From: Vulcanisaeta sp. AZ3
GTDB lineage: Archaea > Thermoproteota > Thermoprotei > Thermoproteales > Thermocladiaceae
Direction: 5' to 3'
Length of the DNA stretch: 37,005 nucleotides
Assembly: GCA_000960865.2 (NCBI GenBank)
Contig: JZWU02000013.1
Location: 1 to 37,005 of the forward strand
Part shown: positions 1 to 8,466 of the stretch, piece by piece
Position numbering within the stretch: position 1 is the stretch's first letter
Layout of the letters: every line of letters begins with the position of its first letter
The notes under the pieces: model-generated
What the model was told of the DNA's origin: nothing
Seen by the model: only the letters and a program-made list of their open reading frames with translations
The model's database searches: none
Program-made: the position numbers and the translations under genes

Positions 1-240
1 CACCTTGTCGAGGTCAGGTCTTGGAAATTCATTAATGGAGATAAGGAGGGTATCAGTGTCATAGCTCTTGTTGTGGAGAGCCATATAGCAATACATACCT
101 GGCCTGTATATAGGTTTGCAACGGTTGATGTGTATACGTGCGGTGATAATAGTATGCCTGATAAGGCATTTAATTATATAGTGAATTCCTTAAGGCCGAA
201 AAGATATATCATTAATTACGCCGATAGATCAAGTGAATAA
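1..240 (+). CDS. Pyruvoyl-dependent decarboxylase proenzyme (AdoMetDC/SpeD family; SAM or crenarchaeal arginine decarboxylase), 5'-truncated
   Basis: Frame 1 reads [10 protein letters not shown]...[27 protein letters not shown]...YADRSSE*. It has the ESH self-cleavage motif and the DVYTCG motif. Substrate cannot be assigned by eye. Confidence 0.88.
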   Translation, partial: HLVEVRSWKFINGDKEGISVIALVVESHIAIHTWPVYRFATVDVYTCGDNSMPDKAFNYIVNSLRPKRYIINYADRSSE

Positions 241-282
241 TTGTTTTAATTAAAACTTAGATCATTGATAAAATTAATAAAA

Positions 283-510
283 TTATGTAGACACAGGTAT
301 ACACCTTAAGACTCTAATTACGGTTCTGACATCATCAGCGGTCACCGTTTTTCTACCAGCATGCCTTGCCAATTCTATGCTCCTTACTGCTATATCAAAC
401 GCTATATATTCAAGGATATCCCTCAATGCTTGTATTGCGTCTTCACCTACCCTTTCAGCACCTGCCTTATGGAAAATCCTATCTATTGGTGCAAGTGGAA
501 ATTCCGGCAT
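283..510 (-). CDS. Archaeal histone (HMf family)
   Basis: PLAPIDRI..KAGAERV..DA...ELARHAGRKTV.A.D is the HMfA/B signature. Confidence 0.95.
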   Translation of the reverse strand: MPEFPLAPIDRIFHKAGAERVGEDAIQALRDILEYIAFDIAVRSIELARHAGRKTVTADDVRTVIRVLRCIPVST

Positions 511-529
511 TGTTCTGCTCTTTGTGCAT

Positions 530-546
530 AAATATTTTAAGATTTC
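530..546 (-). promoter_or_regulatory. Putative TATA element of the histone gene (leaderless-type spacing)
   Basis: Minus strand reads GAAATCTTAAAATATTT about 20-36 nt upstream of the ATG at 510. Confidence 0.45.
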
Positions 547-581
547 TTGCTCTTTTTACATGATAAAAATTACATGACAGT

Positions 582-761
582 TTATAGACTTATATCCTCT
601 AATTTATAGGTTATTGTTGAGAATTTTGTTTTGTATAGATAGAAGATCTTACCGCAATGGTTACATCGGCATACGACAATAAAGTTCCCGCTGCCTCTCT
701 TACTGAGGAATTGTACTGTTGTCCATTCACTCATGCCACAATATGGACATGTTATGATCAT
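582..761 (-). CDS. Small CPxCG-type zinc-ribbon protein (59 aa), missed by the ORF track
   Basis: Manual translation: MIITCPYCGMSEWTTVQFLSKRGSGNFIVVCRCNHCGKIFYLYKTKFSTITYKLEDISL*. It has two CxxC knuckles, and its ATG overlaps the XPF stop (ATGA). Confidence 0.85.
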   Translation of the reverse strand: MIITCPYCGMSEWTTVQFLSKRGSGNFIVVCRCNHCGKIFYLYKTKFSTITYKLEDISL

Positions 762-1531
762 TGATTATCACTTAGGAAATCTATTATGCTTCTATTAATT
801 TTATTTTCCTTATTGTTCGATTTGTTTAGATCCTCGTTAGCACTGGTCCTTAATGCTTCATCTATGGTCATGGATGTATCATTCTCCTCCTCGTTATACT
901 TTCTCGTTAATACTCTTCTCACCATATTCACTAACCCCTCATTAATGCCATCTACGCTCCTGACCCATTGATTTAGATTATTTAAGGCATTCAGGGGTGT
1001 GCCAAAAGTCCTCAATAGTGCCTCGGCTCTTCTTGGTCCAATGCCAGGCAAGGATGATAGGAAGTTTATCTGAGAGTCCTTAATAGTCTCGCCTTTCTTG
1101 GTAGGTATTGGCTTTATACTTTTATTTTCATTTCTCTCAGCTAGGGCCTTGAGAATATATGCCGTACCCTCTTCATCAGGCGTATAGAGAATTCTCATCC
1201 CAATATTAATGAGCATGACTAGTGCGCCAAGCACTGAGTGTTTATGTACATCTCTCCTATTCAATGCTCTCCAAACATCACCCTCCACAATGACGTAGGC
1301 CCTATCAAATGCCCTTACTAGCTCTTTACCTTGCTCAAATAGCCTACCATCTACTATTGACGATATGAAGTCCATTGCTCTCTTACGCTCGACACCAACA
1401 TTACCGGGTAGTACGTAATCGCCTATGTCGAGTTTACGTGAGATCACATTACAATTAAGTCTTTTAAGCCACTTTATAACATCCTCAGCAGTCTCATGCT
1501 CTCTCGAATCCACAATAACAATGCAACTCAC
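758..1531 (-). CDS. xpf: XPF/ERCC4 structure-specific endonuclease (short crenarchaeal form)
   Basis: IVDSRE, GDY and ERKxxxD nuclease motifs, an HhH motif (LPGIGPRRA), and a C-terminal PIP-like RSIIDFL. Confidence 0.92.
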   Translation of the reverse strand: MSCIVIVDSREHETAEDVIKWLKRLNCNVISRKLDIGDYVLPGNVGVERKRAMDFISSIVDGRLFEQGKELVRAFDRAYVIVEGDVWRALNRRDVHKHSVLGALVMLINIGMRILYTPDEEGTAYILKALAERNENKSIKPIPTKKGETIKDSQINFLSSLPGIGPRRAEALLRTFGTPLNALNNLNQWVRSVDGINEGLVNMVRRVLTRKYNEEENDTSMTIDEALRTSANEDLNKSNNKENKINRSIIDFLSDNQ

Positions 1532-1590
1532 AATTAATTCACTACAAATTACATTAAAAGTTCGCTTAATTTAATTTACTTAAATGAATT

Positions 1591-2451
1591 TTATCCACGA
1601 GCCTCCTCATTTACAACCATGTAAATACCCAGTAATGTGATTACAATACCAACAATAGTAAGTACCTGGGGAATTTGATGAAAAATCAGGAATGCTAATA
1701 ATGCAGCTCCCACGGGTTCGCCTAATGTTGCTGTGGTTACTGTTATGGCCCTTGAGTACCTTAATGAGTAATTAAGCATTGTGTGTCCAAGAAGCATTGG
1801 GCCCAACACTATCATAATTATGTAAAACCAAGTGTAGAGTGGGTATGGCCAGAATCTCGTATGCAAAGGTAAACCAATAATTAACGATGCTAGAGCTGAG
1901 GTTGCATAGACGGGCACCGTATAGGTAGCCAGAGACGCCTTAACCCTAATGAATCGCCCAATCATGAAATAAACAGCACCAGACACCGCACCAACTAAGG
2001 CTAGCAAGTCTCCAACCAAGGCCTTCAGACTTATGAAGAATTCAGGTGCCATTATGAGAATAACACCCAGAAAAGCCATAAGTGTACCCAGAACACCCCA
2101 CTTGCCGACTCTTTCCCTTATCAACCTACCCATGAGCAATGTGAATATAGGATATGTGGAGACCAACGTGGTACTCGCAGCCACCGTGGTTAAATAAAGG
2201 CTTTGTATCCACGTAATAAAATGTATTGCCAATGCCACACCACTAATCATGATTAACGCGATATCACTCTCAGTAAGCATGTAGTTTCTCTCCCTTCTTT
2301 CAACCACTAGTAATGGTGATAATGCGACAGCAGCTATTGCTGTTCTCCAGAAGGCCACGGCTATCGGCTGAGCATTTGATAGCAATATTAATATTGAGGC
2401 CCATGATATGGCTATCACAGCAACCATGAGAGCCAGGTATTGCTTGATCAT
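1591..2451 (-). CDS. DMT/EamA family transporter
   Basis: About 10 hydrophobic segments with AFWR, HFITW, GHT..N and GEPVGA motifs typical of EamA. Confidence 0.9.
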   Translation of the reverse strand: MIKQYLALMVAVIAISWASILILLSNAQPIAVAFWRTAIAAVALSPLLVVERRERNYMLTESDIALIMISGVALAIHFITWIQSLYLTTVAASTTLVSTYPIFTLLMGRLIRERVGKWGVLGTLMAFLGVILIMAPEFFISLKALVGDLLALVGAVSGAVYFMIGRFIRVKASLATYTVPVYATSALASLIIGLPLHTRFWPYPLYTWFYIIMIVLGPMLLGHTMLNYSLRYSRAITVTTATLGEPVGAALLAFLIFHQIPQVLTIVGIVITLLGIYMVVNEEARG

Positions 2452-2566
2452 TGTACGTAATTCAATAAGTTAAGCGTAATTATAAGTATTCCCCTTAATT
2501 ATTGAGGATTAGACTATGAATATATGGGAATAGTTTATAAACTAGTTATGCATTTCCTCATAAAAC

Positions 2567-3259
2567 GTGGTCAAGGTATCAATAAAGCTTGTTAGTTGGG
2601 ACGAAATAGCCGAATGGGCCAAAGTTCTCTCAATGAAGATAAGGGATTCTGGTTGGTTGCCTGACATTGTCGTGGCAATAGCAAGGGGCGGTTATGCACC
2701 AGCAAGGCTTATTTGTGATTACTTAGGCATTACAGATCTAATCAGTATTCAAGTAGTTCATTGGCCATCAACAGCTCAAGTCGCTGAGAAGGCATACATT
2801 AAGTACCCTATAACTATTGATCTAAGTGGTAAAAGAGTTCTCGTCATCGATGACATTGTGGACACGGGGGACTCCATACAACTAGCCAAGGATTACATTG
2901 AGCATAATAATAGAAATGTAGAGATTAGGTCTGCAGCTCTTCAATGGATATCAAGCGTAGCCAAGTTCAAACCAGATTACTGGGCAGTTGAGGTTAGAGA
3001 TTGGACTTGGTTTGTTTATCCGTGGAATATTACAGAAGATACGACAAACTTCATAAGAAGAACGATTACTGAGGAGTCTAAGAGTGGAAAGAGAGAGTGG
3101 ACGCTCAATGAGATTATTAGTAAGCTCGTTGAATGGTATGGTGATGAAATACTCAAGGTGAAAGTCACCTATATAGACTTGGCGCTCAAAAGCTTAGAGA
3201 GGCAGGGTGTAGTGGTTAGGACGTATAAGGATGGTGTTGAACACATATTGCTTAAATGA
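2567..3259 (+). CDS. Type I phosphoribosyltransferase (purine/xanthine PRT-like)
   Basis: AIARGG, the PRPP-binding motif VLVIDDIVDTGDS, and WFVYPW. Confidence 0.9.
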   Translation: MVKVSIKLVSWDEIAEWAKVLSMKIRDSGWLPDIVVAIARGGYAPARLICDYLGITDLISIQVVHWPSTAQVAEKAYIKYPITIDLSGKRVLVIDDIVDTGDSIQLAKDYIEHNNRNVEIRSAALQWISSVAKFKPDYWAVEVRDWTWFVYPWNITEDTTNFIRRTITEESKSGKREWTLNEIISKLVEWYGDEILKVKVTYIDLALKSLERQGVVVRTYKDGVEHILLK

Positions 3260-3354
3260 CGAGGTAACAATAGTCTCCGCAAGGGTGTAGAGGTAAAAGG
3301 TGGTAAGTCTTTAGTGAGTAATTATTTTAAGCGTTAAGAATTATCAACATAACG

Positions 3355-3900
3355 ATGAGAGAAGGAACAGTAAGGGCTTCAGTGGTAGGTAAGTTAGGGA
3401 GACTTAGAATATACATATACTTAGTACTCTTACTACTTTATCTTGCTGCCTACTTCCTGGGTTATGCCGTAAAACCAGGCCCACAGTTTGCATCCCAAGT
3501 CAATCAGCAACTAGAGCAAGCTAATTCAGAAATTAATAAGTTATCATCAATCTCACAAATCGCAGTATTCTCCTATAAGTTAACGTCATTAATGGCAACA
3601 CTAGGTCCGTCGTTGATACCAGTATTTGGTATTTGGAACACAGCCGAGAACTGGGTGTACTCTGGCATAGCCACGAATGCTGTGTCTAGTATGTATGCTA
3701 CAAGCATAATGGCCCAGACAATATTATTATCAATAATCTTAGCAATACCATCAGCCGATGGATTACTCATGATATTACTACTCGCCAATTCACTAAGTAA
3801 TAGAGAATTTAAATATTACACAGTTTTATCATTACGTTGGTACATAATGTCCGTAATACTGAGCATAGTATTCCTAATACTAATAACAGCATTACCCTAG
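3355..3900 (+). CDS. Hypothetical membrane protein (possibly SpoIIM/DUF95-like)
   Basis: Four to five hydrophobic segments including LIPVFG. The family call is only by general resemblance. Confidence 0.6.
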   Translation: MREGTVRASVVGKLGRLRIYIYLVLLLLYLAAYFLGYAVKPGPQFASQVNQQLEQANSEINKLSSISQIAVFSYKLTSLMATLGPSLIPVFGIWNTAENWVYSGIATNAVSSMYATSIMAQTILLSIILAIPSADGLLMILLLANSLSNREFKYYTVLSLRWYIMSVILSIVFLILITALP

Positions 3901-3904
3901 CCAT

Positions 3905-4663
3905 TTAAACAACCCATTTAGGTTCAACACGCCTATACTCAAGGCTATAAAGCTTGAGATAATGGTATGCGGCTGATGAGATTGATGGCGCGGCAAGTAT
4001 GCCTCTCACAGTCCCATTCTCCCTCTGAGATAGATGCTCTACATAACGTTTAAGTTGATGAACAGCTTCAGGCCCAGCTTGAGAACGTTTACACTCAATC
4101 ACCACTAAATTGCCTCTGGAATCCCTTGCAAGTATATCAATATCGCCAACCAACGTATGGTACTCCTTAGCCACTACTTGTAACCCCTCCTCAATAATGT
4201 TTGGATTATTTACAATAGCGTTAACCACATCCTCTTCACGACCAAAAACTCTGTAATTAACGGTGGTTCCAAGTCTTAAGGCACTAATGAACCTTATTAT
4301 TGGCACCTCCACGATCACCACTTCCCTAGGATTCGCTCTAACGCTCCTAATGGTTAGTATTCCCTGTTCGATAGACGCATATAGTGAGGAGGGTGGTGGA
4401 TTCCATAGACGTGGTTCTCTCTTTGAGGATTCATGTACCATGAAAGTGCCATCAGGCTTGGAAATAATTAATCTAGGCATTAGCTCCTCTAACTGCGATT
4501 TTGCTCTGCCTTCATAGGACGCCACCATCTCGCCATATATTAAAAGTACATGTGTTGTCTTTCTATGATTAATTAATTTAAGTGCCTCTATGGGCTCAGG
4601 ATCTATCATATACTCAAGGTCTCCCATCGATTTCTCATTGCTTATGAAATCCATCAAGCCCAT
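3905..4663 (-). CDS. nucS: Endonuclease NucS/EndoMS
   Basis: YEGRAKS, KPDGT..VH, WNPP, the RecB-like DILARD..VVIECKR, and AVHQLKRY. Confidence 0.93.
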   Translation of the reverse strand: MGLMDFISNEKSMGDLEYMIDPEPIEALKLINHRKTTHVLLIYGEMVASYEGRAKSQLEELMPRLIISKPDGTFMVHESSKREPRLWNPPPSSLYASIEQGILTIRSVRANPREVVIVEVPIIRFISALRLGTTVNYRVFGREEDVVNAIVNNPNIIEEGLQVVAKEYHTLVGDIDILARDSRGNLVVIECKRSQAGPEAVHQLKRYVEHLSQRENGTVRGILAAPSISSAAYHYLKLYSLEYRRVEPKWVV

Positions 4664-4699
4664 TAAGCCCTAATCTAAGGCTAAGGAATAAGAGCTTTC

Positions 4700-4950
4700 T
4701 CACCTTGTGAGCTTCACGCAATCCTCGCCAATAAGTTTAATCTCAAAGTCTGATTCATAGAGCACCTTGGCTATGTCCAGAACACTAAACCGTAAAGAAT
4801 CAATGGTTAAGTTTAATTCATTACCATTAAATCAAAAATCAAAGAGCACAACCAAACTCCTAATTCTATCTAGGTCGCCAGAATTAATATTTTAAAGATG
4901 ATACCTAGCAGGACATTATCTCTCATCAACAGCCTTATTATTAATCCCAT
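4700..4950 (-). pseudogene. Possible decayed small gene
   Basis: A protein-like reading needs a frameshift at TTTAAAA and read-through of one in-frame TGA (...LDRIRSLVVLFDF*FNGNELNLTIDSLRFSVLDIAKVLYESDFEIKLIGEDCVKLTR*). Confidence 0.35.
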
Positions 4951-4975
4951 TTAAACTAAGGATACTCTAGATCTA

Positions 4976-5215
4976 TTACTCGGCCAGTCTCATGATCAGC
5001 TCCTTAACTCTGGAGATATCTTCCTCCTCAATTCTGATAAGTAATAGGGCGTTCGAGAATAGTCTATGAATATCTTCTTCACTAATTGAATCATATTCCT
5101 CAAGCTCGGTCATTAAGTAATTAAGAACAGCCCTAGCAGCTAAACCTCGTGTATTACTTCGCAAAATCCTCAGTTCCTTTAATATCTCGTCACGATTCAT
5201 CGTCAGTAAAGTCAT
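4976..5215 (-). CDS. Hypothetical small helical protein
   Basis: 79-aa charged amphipathic ORF co-oriented with citrate synthase. Confidence 0.65.
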   Translation of the reverse strand: MTLLTMNRDEILKELRILRSNTRGLAARAVLNYLMTELEEYDSISEEDIHRLFSNALLLIRIEEEDISRVKELIMRLAE

Positions 5216-5267
5216 ATGATTTTTAATATATTTTACTTATCTTATACCATATTTATTAGATCTTACA

Positions 5268-6503
5268 TCACTGTCTTTTATCAATTGGTACGTATGGAAT
5301 ATCATGAGGACCAACATAGCAGGCCCTAGGTCTAAACAGCCTATTATTTTCCCAGTACTCGATAACATGAGCTATCCAACCAACTACCCTGGACATGGCA
5401 AAGAGAGGTGTGAAGTAATCATAGGGTATACCTAAGTAATAGAATATTATTCCACTCCAGAAGTCCACATTGGGATATAAGTTCCTCTGTTGATAATATG
5501 GATGGGCCAATACCGCCTGTTCTATACCACTGGCTATGGCGTAAAGCTTTTTAGGATCGCCAAACTTCTTCACATAATCCTCAACAACTCCCTTAAATAT
5601 CCTGGCTCGTGGATCATAAGTCTTATACACACGGTGGCCAACGCCCATCAACCTAGGGCCACCTGGCTTAGTTGCTGCCTCAACAACATCCTTCGTCTTC
5701 GCTGGATCACCAATCTCTAGATAGGATTTCACTGCAGCTTCGTTTGCACCGCCATGTAGTGGGCCCTTGAGGGCGCCTATGGCGCCAGATACTACCGAGT
5801 ATAGATCGCTTAAGGTCGCTCCTATTACTAAGGCTGTAAACGTGGATGCTGGAATTTCATGATCAGCATGTAAAATTAAGTATAGATCCACGGACTTGGT
5901 AGCAAGTGGATCTGGATCCTTACCAAAGAACATGTAAAGGAAATTTGCGGCATGTCCTAGGTCAGGTCTTGGTTTAATCAAATCAAGACCCTGGGACAAC
6001 CTATAGTGGTAGGCAACTATTGTTGGTAACTTAGCCACAAGTTTCTCGGCAATCCGGAGAGCTAAGGTCTTCTCTTCTTGCTTATACCTACCAGCCCTGA
6101 GGGCATCGGCAAGCTTTATGTTATCTTCATCATAGGCTCCCTCGGTTGCTACCGCAGCCTCGAGGGCAAACATTGGATGCGCTTTGGCGAGGGATCTAAG
6201 AACCTCTATGGTCGCTGGGTTCAATTCCCTATTATTAGTTAACCTGTTCTTAAGTTCCTCTAGTTCGGATTTTGTGGGTAACTTACCATATAATAGCAAA
6301 TACACGACTTCCTCATACGTCGAATTATTAGCAAGATCATCAATCCTATAACCCCTATACCAAAGAATACCTCTCTTACCGTCAATGTCACTGATGCTTG
6401 TAGTCTTTACAAGGACATCCTCTAAACCATGAATAATTGTACCACAAGGTGTCTCAATTGTCTTACCGCTCGTCGTAATCCGTACCTCCTTAACCTCGCT
6501 CAT
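5268..6503 (-). CDS. gltA: Citrate synthase
   Basis: GLEDV, YRGY, HADHE, LKGPLHGGANE, GVGHRVYK.YDPRA, YPNVDF and RPR motifs. Confidence 0.96.
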   Translation of the reverse strand: MSEVKEVRITTSGKTIETPCGTIIHGLEDVLVKTTSISDIDGKRGILWYRGYRIDDLANNSTYEEVVYLLLYGKLPTKSELEELKNRLTNNRELNPATIEVLRSLAKAHPMFALEAAVATEGAYDEDNIKLADALRAGRYKQEEKTLALRIAEKLVAKLPTIVAYHYRLSQGLDLIKPRPDLGHAANFLYMFFGKDPDPLATKSVDLYLILHADHEIPASTFTALVIGATLSDLYSVVSGAIGALKGPLHGGANEAAVKSYLEIGDPAKTKDVVEAATKPGGPRLMGVGHRVYKTYDPRARIFKGVVEDYVKKFGDPKKLYAIASGIEQAVLAHPYYQQRNLYPNVDFWSGIIFYYLGIPYDYFTPLFAMSRVVGWIAHVIEYWENNRLFRPRACYVGPHDIPYVPIDKRQ

Positions 6504-6653
6504 ACATGGTAATTATACGATTACTAATTTAAATATTATCCTAGTATTTAGTTTAATGATAATCTATATAAACGACAACTAACGAAAACTTAATAATCAA
6601 CTGTTAAGGAATAACGGAAATATTTAAGGGCCTCCATTAAGATTAAGCGAATA

Positions 6654-7187
6654 ATGAGGGGCCTATTCATAGGTAGGTTTCAACCACCCCATTGGGGGCA
6701 TGTCTGGGCCATTAGGGATATACTTAGGGAGGTTGATGAGTTAATAGTAATAATCGGATCTTCGCAGTTTAATTACATAATTAAAGATCCATTCACCGTA
6801 GGTGAGAGAATATGGATGCTTAGAGAAGCCCTGAGGGAGAGTGAGGTTGATCTCTCGAGGGTCATAATAATACCAATACCAAACATAGAGAATAATGCAG
6901 CTTGGTTTGGGCATCTAAGGTCATACACACCGCCATTCCAAGTTGTCTATACGGGAAACCCATTTGTAGCTCTGCTACTAAGGGAAGTTGGTATTGAAGT
7001 CAGGCAACAGCCAATGTATGATAGAGAAAGGTATAATTCAACAAAGATAAGAGAGCTTATTATTAAGAATGATCCAACATGGGAAGAATTAGTGCCAAGC
7101 TCTGTGGCTAAAATAATTAAGGAGATAAATGGTATCGAAAGACTAAGAATAATAGCCATAGGTGAGGCTGAGCCTCATAAGTGGTAA
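6654..7187 (+). CDS. nadM: Nicotinamide-nucleotide adenylyltransferase
   Basis: GRFQPPHWGH (HxGH), PFTVGERI, GNP and NSTKIRE motifs. Confidence 0.93.
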   Translation: MRGLFIGRFQPPHWGHVWAIRDILREVDELIVIIGSSQFNYIIKDPFTVGERIWMLREALRESEVDLSRVIIIPIPNIENNAAWFGHLRSYTPPFQVVYTGNPFVALLLREVGIEVRQQPMYDRERYNSTKIRELIIKNDPTWEELVPSSVAKIIKEINGIERLRIIAIGEAEPHKW

Positions 7188-7589
7188 TATTTCACTTTGT
7201 TAAGAATAGGATAAACCTAAGAATAAAGATAATTTTTCACAATCACTGTATCAAATAATTGGTACTTACGAAACATTCATCATCATAGCCAACGGTGTAT
7301 CAAGACCGCCAAAGTAAGCTAACTCTGTTCTCTTTATAATACCCAATAATTCTATGTATAATCGCACTTGCGACAGTACTAACCCTAATGGATACAAGCC
7401 CTTTATCAAGCTCCTAGGAGCTATACAAATAGAGTTACTGCGATAAGTACGAAGGTATTATCAGGGTCATATTTCTGGAAAATCCCTAATATTGTACTAA
7501 TAATGGCGATATACATGACGAAAGCAACGACATTATTAGGAATAATACCATAAAGAAAAGCATAAAAACTAACATGAAACATAAACCAT

Positions 7590-7713
7590 GCCACCGTAGC
7601 TCAGCTCGGTAGAGCGGCGGAGAGGCACACTGTATGGTGTGCCTCGGCGAAGCTGTTATGGGCATGCCAAAGAAACCCGTAGGTCCCGGGTTCAAATCCC
7701 GGCGGTGGCGCCA
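7590..7713 (+). tRNA. tRNA-Asn(GTT) with two introns (30/31: 7621-7651; 37/38: 7659-7674), CCA encoded
   Basis: Acceptor GCCACCG/CGGTGGC, G73, CCA; D-arm GCTC/GAGC; T-arm CCGGG-TTCAAAT-CCCGG. Removing the 31- and 16-nt inserts gives GCGGG-CT-GTT-AA-CCCGT (77 nt mature). Confidence 0.92.
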
Positions 7714-7743
7714 GTTTTACAATCATCTTAACCCCTAGGGCTA

Positions 7744-8466
7744 CTACCAACTCCTAACGTTATTTGGATCCCACTTATTTAGTAGGCCTATCTCCTCTGT
7801 AGTTGCTGGTTCAAGAATTCGTACTTGTTGTGGCATCCTTGGCCTAAAGCCCATACTATCTATCACGTCATCCACGGAAATACCAGGAAAGACACCGACC
7901 AACTCTAACTCCCCTACCTCATTATCGAATTCGAACAACGCCTTAGGCGTGCATATTGATAATTTTGGTCCATCCATTGTGGGCCCTGGTGCTGTTACAA
8001 AATTAACTCTCTCTACAAGTGTTCTCCTGGAATGTTCCTTCAACCACATAACGATCCTACGTGCTCTCCTGTAAAGGTAGGCCGCAGCTGCTCCCCCAGG
8101 TAACCTAACCCTTGGTCTCTCATAACTACCAATTACCGAGAGGTTCATATTGCCTTTACGATCCACTTGAGCAGCTGAGAAGAACATAACATCCATTAAA
8201 CCACGCCTCGCTAGATCAAAGGCATCTAGGCTCGTTACTACACCTTTGCCATTAATGAATGAGTATGGGTCTCCTGAGGATGGCATTACTACCAAGTCCT
8301 CTGGTTCGTAGATCTCTGCAACATTTATTATTGTTATATCCTTACCTAAATGCCTAGCCAACATAACCGCTAATAATGCTGGAACGGAGGCTAATCCAAC
8401 ATACACAAGATCACCATCCCTTAACTGTTGAGCCATGCACTTAATCACGTTATCCATGTTAGACAT
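7744..8466 (-). CDS. CoA-transferase family beta subunit (GctB/CatJ/AibB-like)
   Basis: AQVDRKGNMNLSVIG..ERPRVRLPG and HSRR..VERV.FVT.PG motifs. The start is placed at MSNMD, overlapping the alpha-subunit stop. Confidence 0.88.
   Translation of the reverse strand: MSNMDNVIKCMAQQLRDGDLVYVGLASVPALLAVMLARHLGKDITIINVAEIYEPEDLVVMPSSGDPYSFINGKGVVTSLDAFDLARRGLMDVMFFSAAQVDRKGNMNLSVIGSYERPRVRLPGGAAAAYLYRRARRIVMWLKEHSRRTLVERVNFVTAPGPTMDGPKLSICTPKALFEFDNEVGELELVGVFPGISVDDVIDSMGFRPRMPQQVRILEPATTEEIGLLNKWDPNNVRSW

Noticed and set aside
3257-3320. ATGACGA C-box-like motif overlapping the PRTase stop
   Set aside because: There is no CTGA D box at a suitable distance.
7486-7695. 69-aa minus-strand ORF
   Set aside because: It is antisense to tRNA-Asn and its promoter region, so it is spurious.
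7686-7702. CCGGGTTCAAATCCCGG shared with the tRNA at 18036-18151, suggesting att sites
   Set aside because: This is the conserved T-arm of two complete, oppositely oriented tRNAs. No integrase is present and housekeeping genes lie between them.
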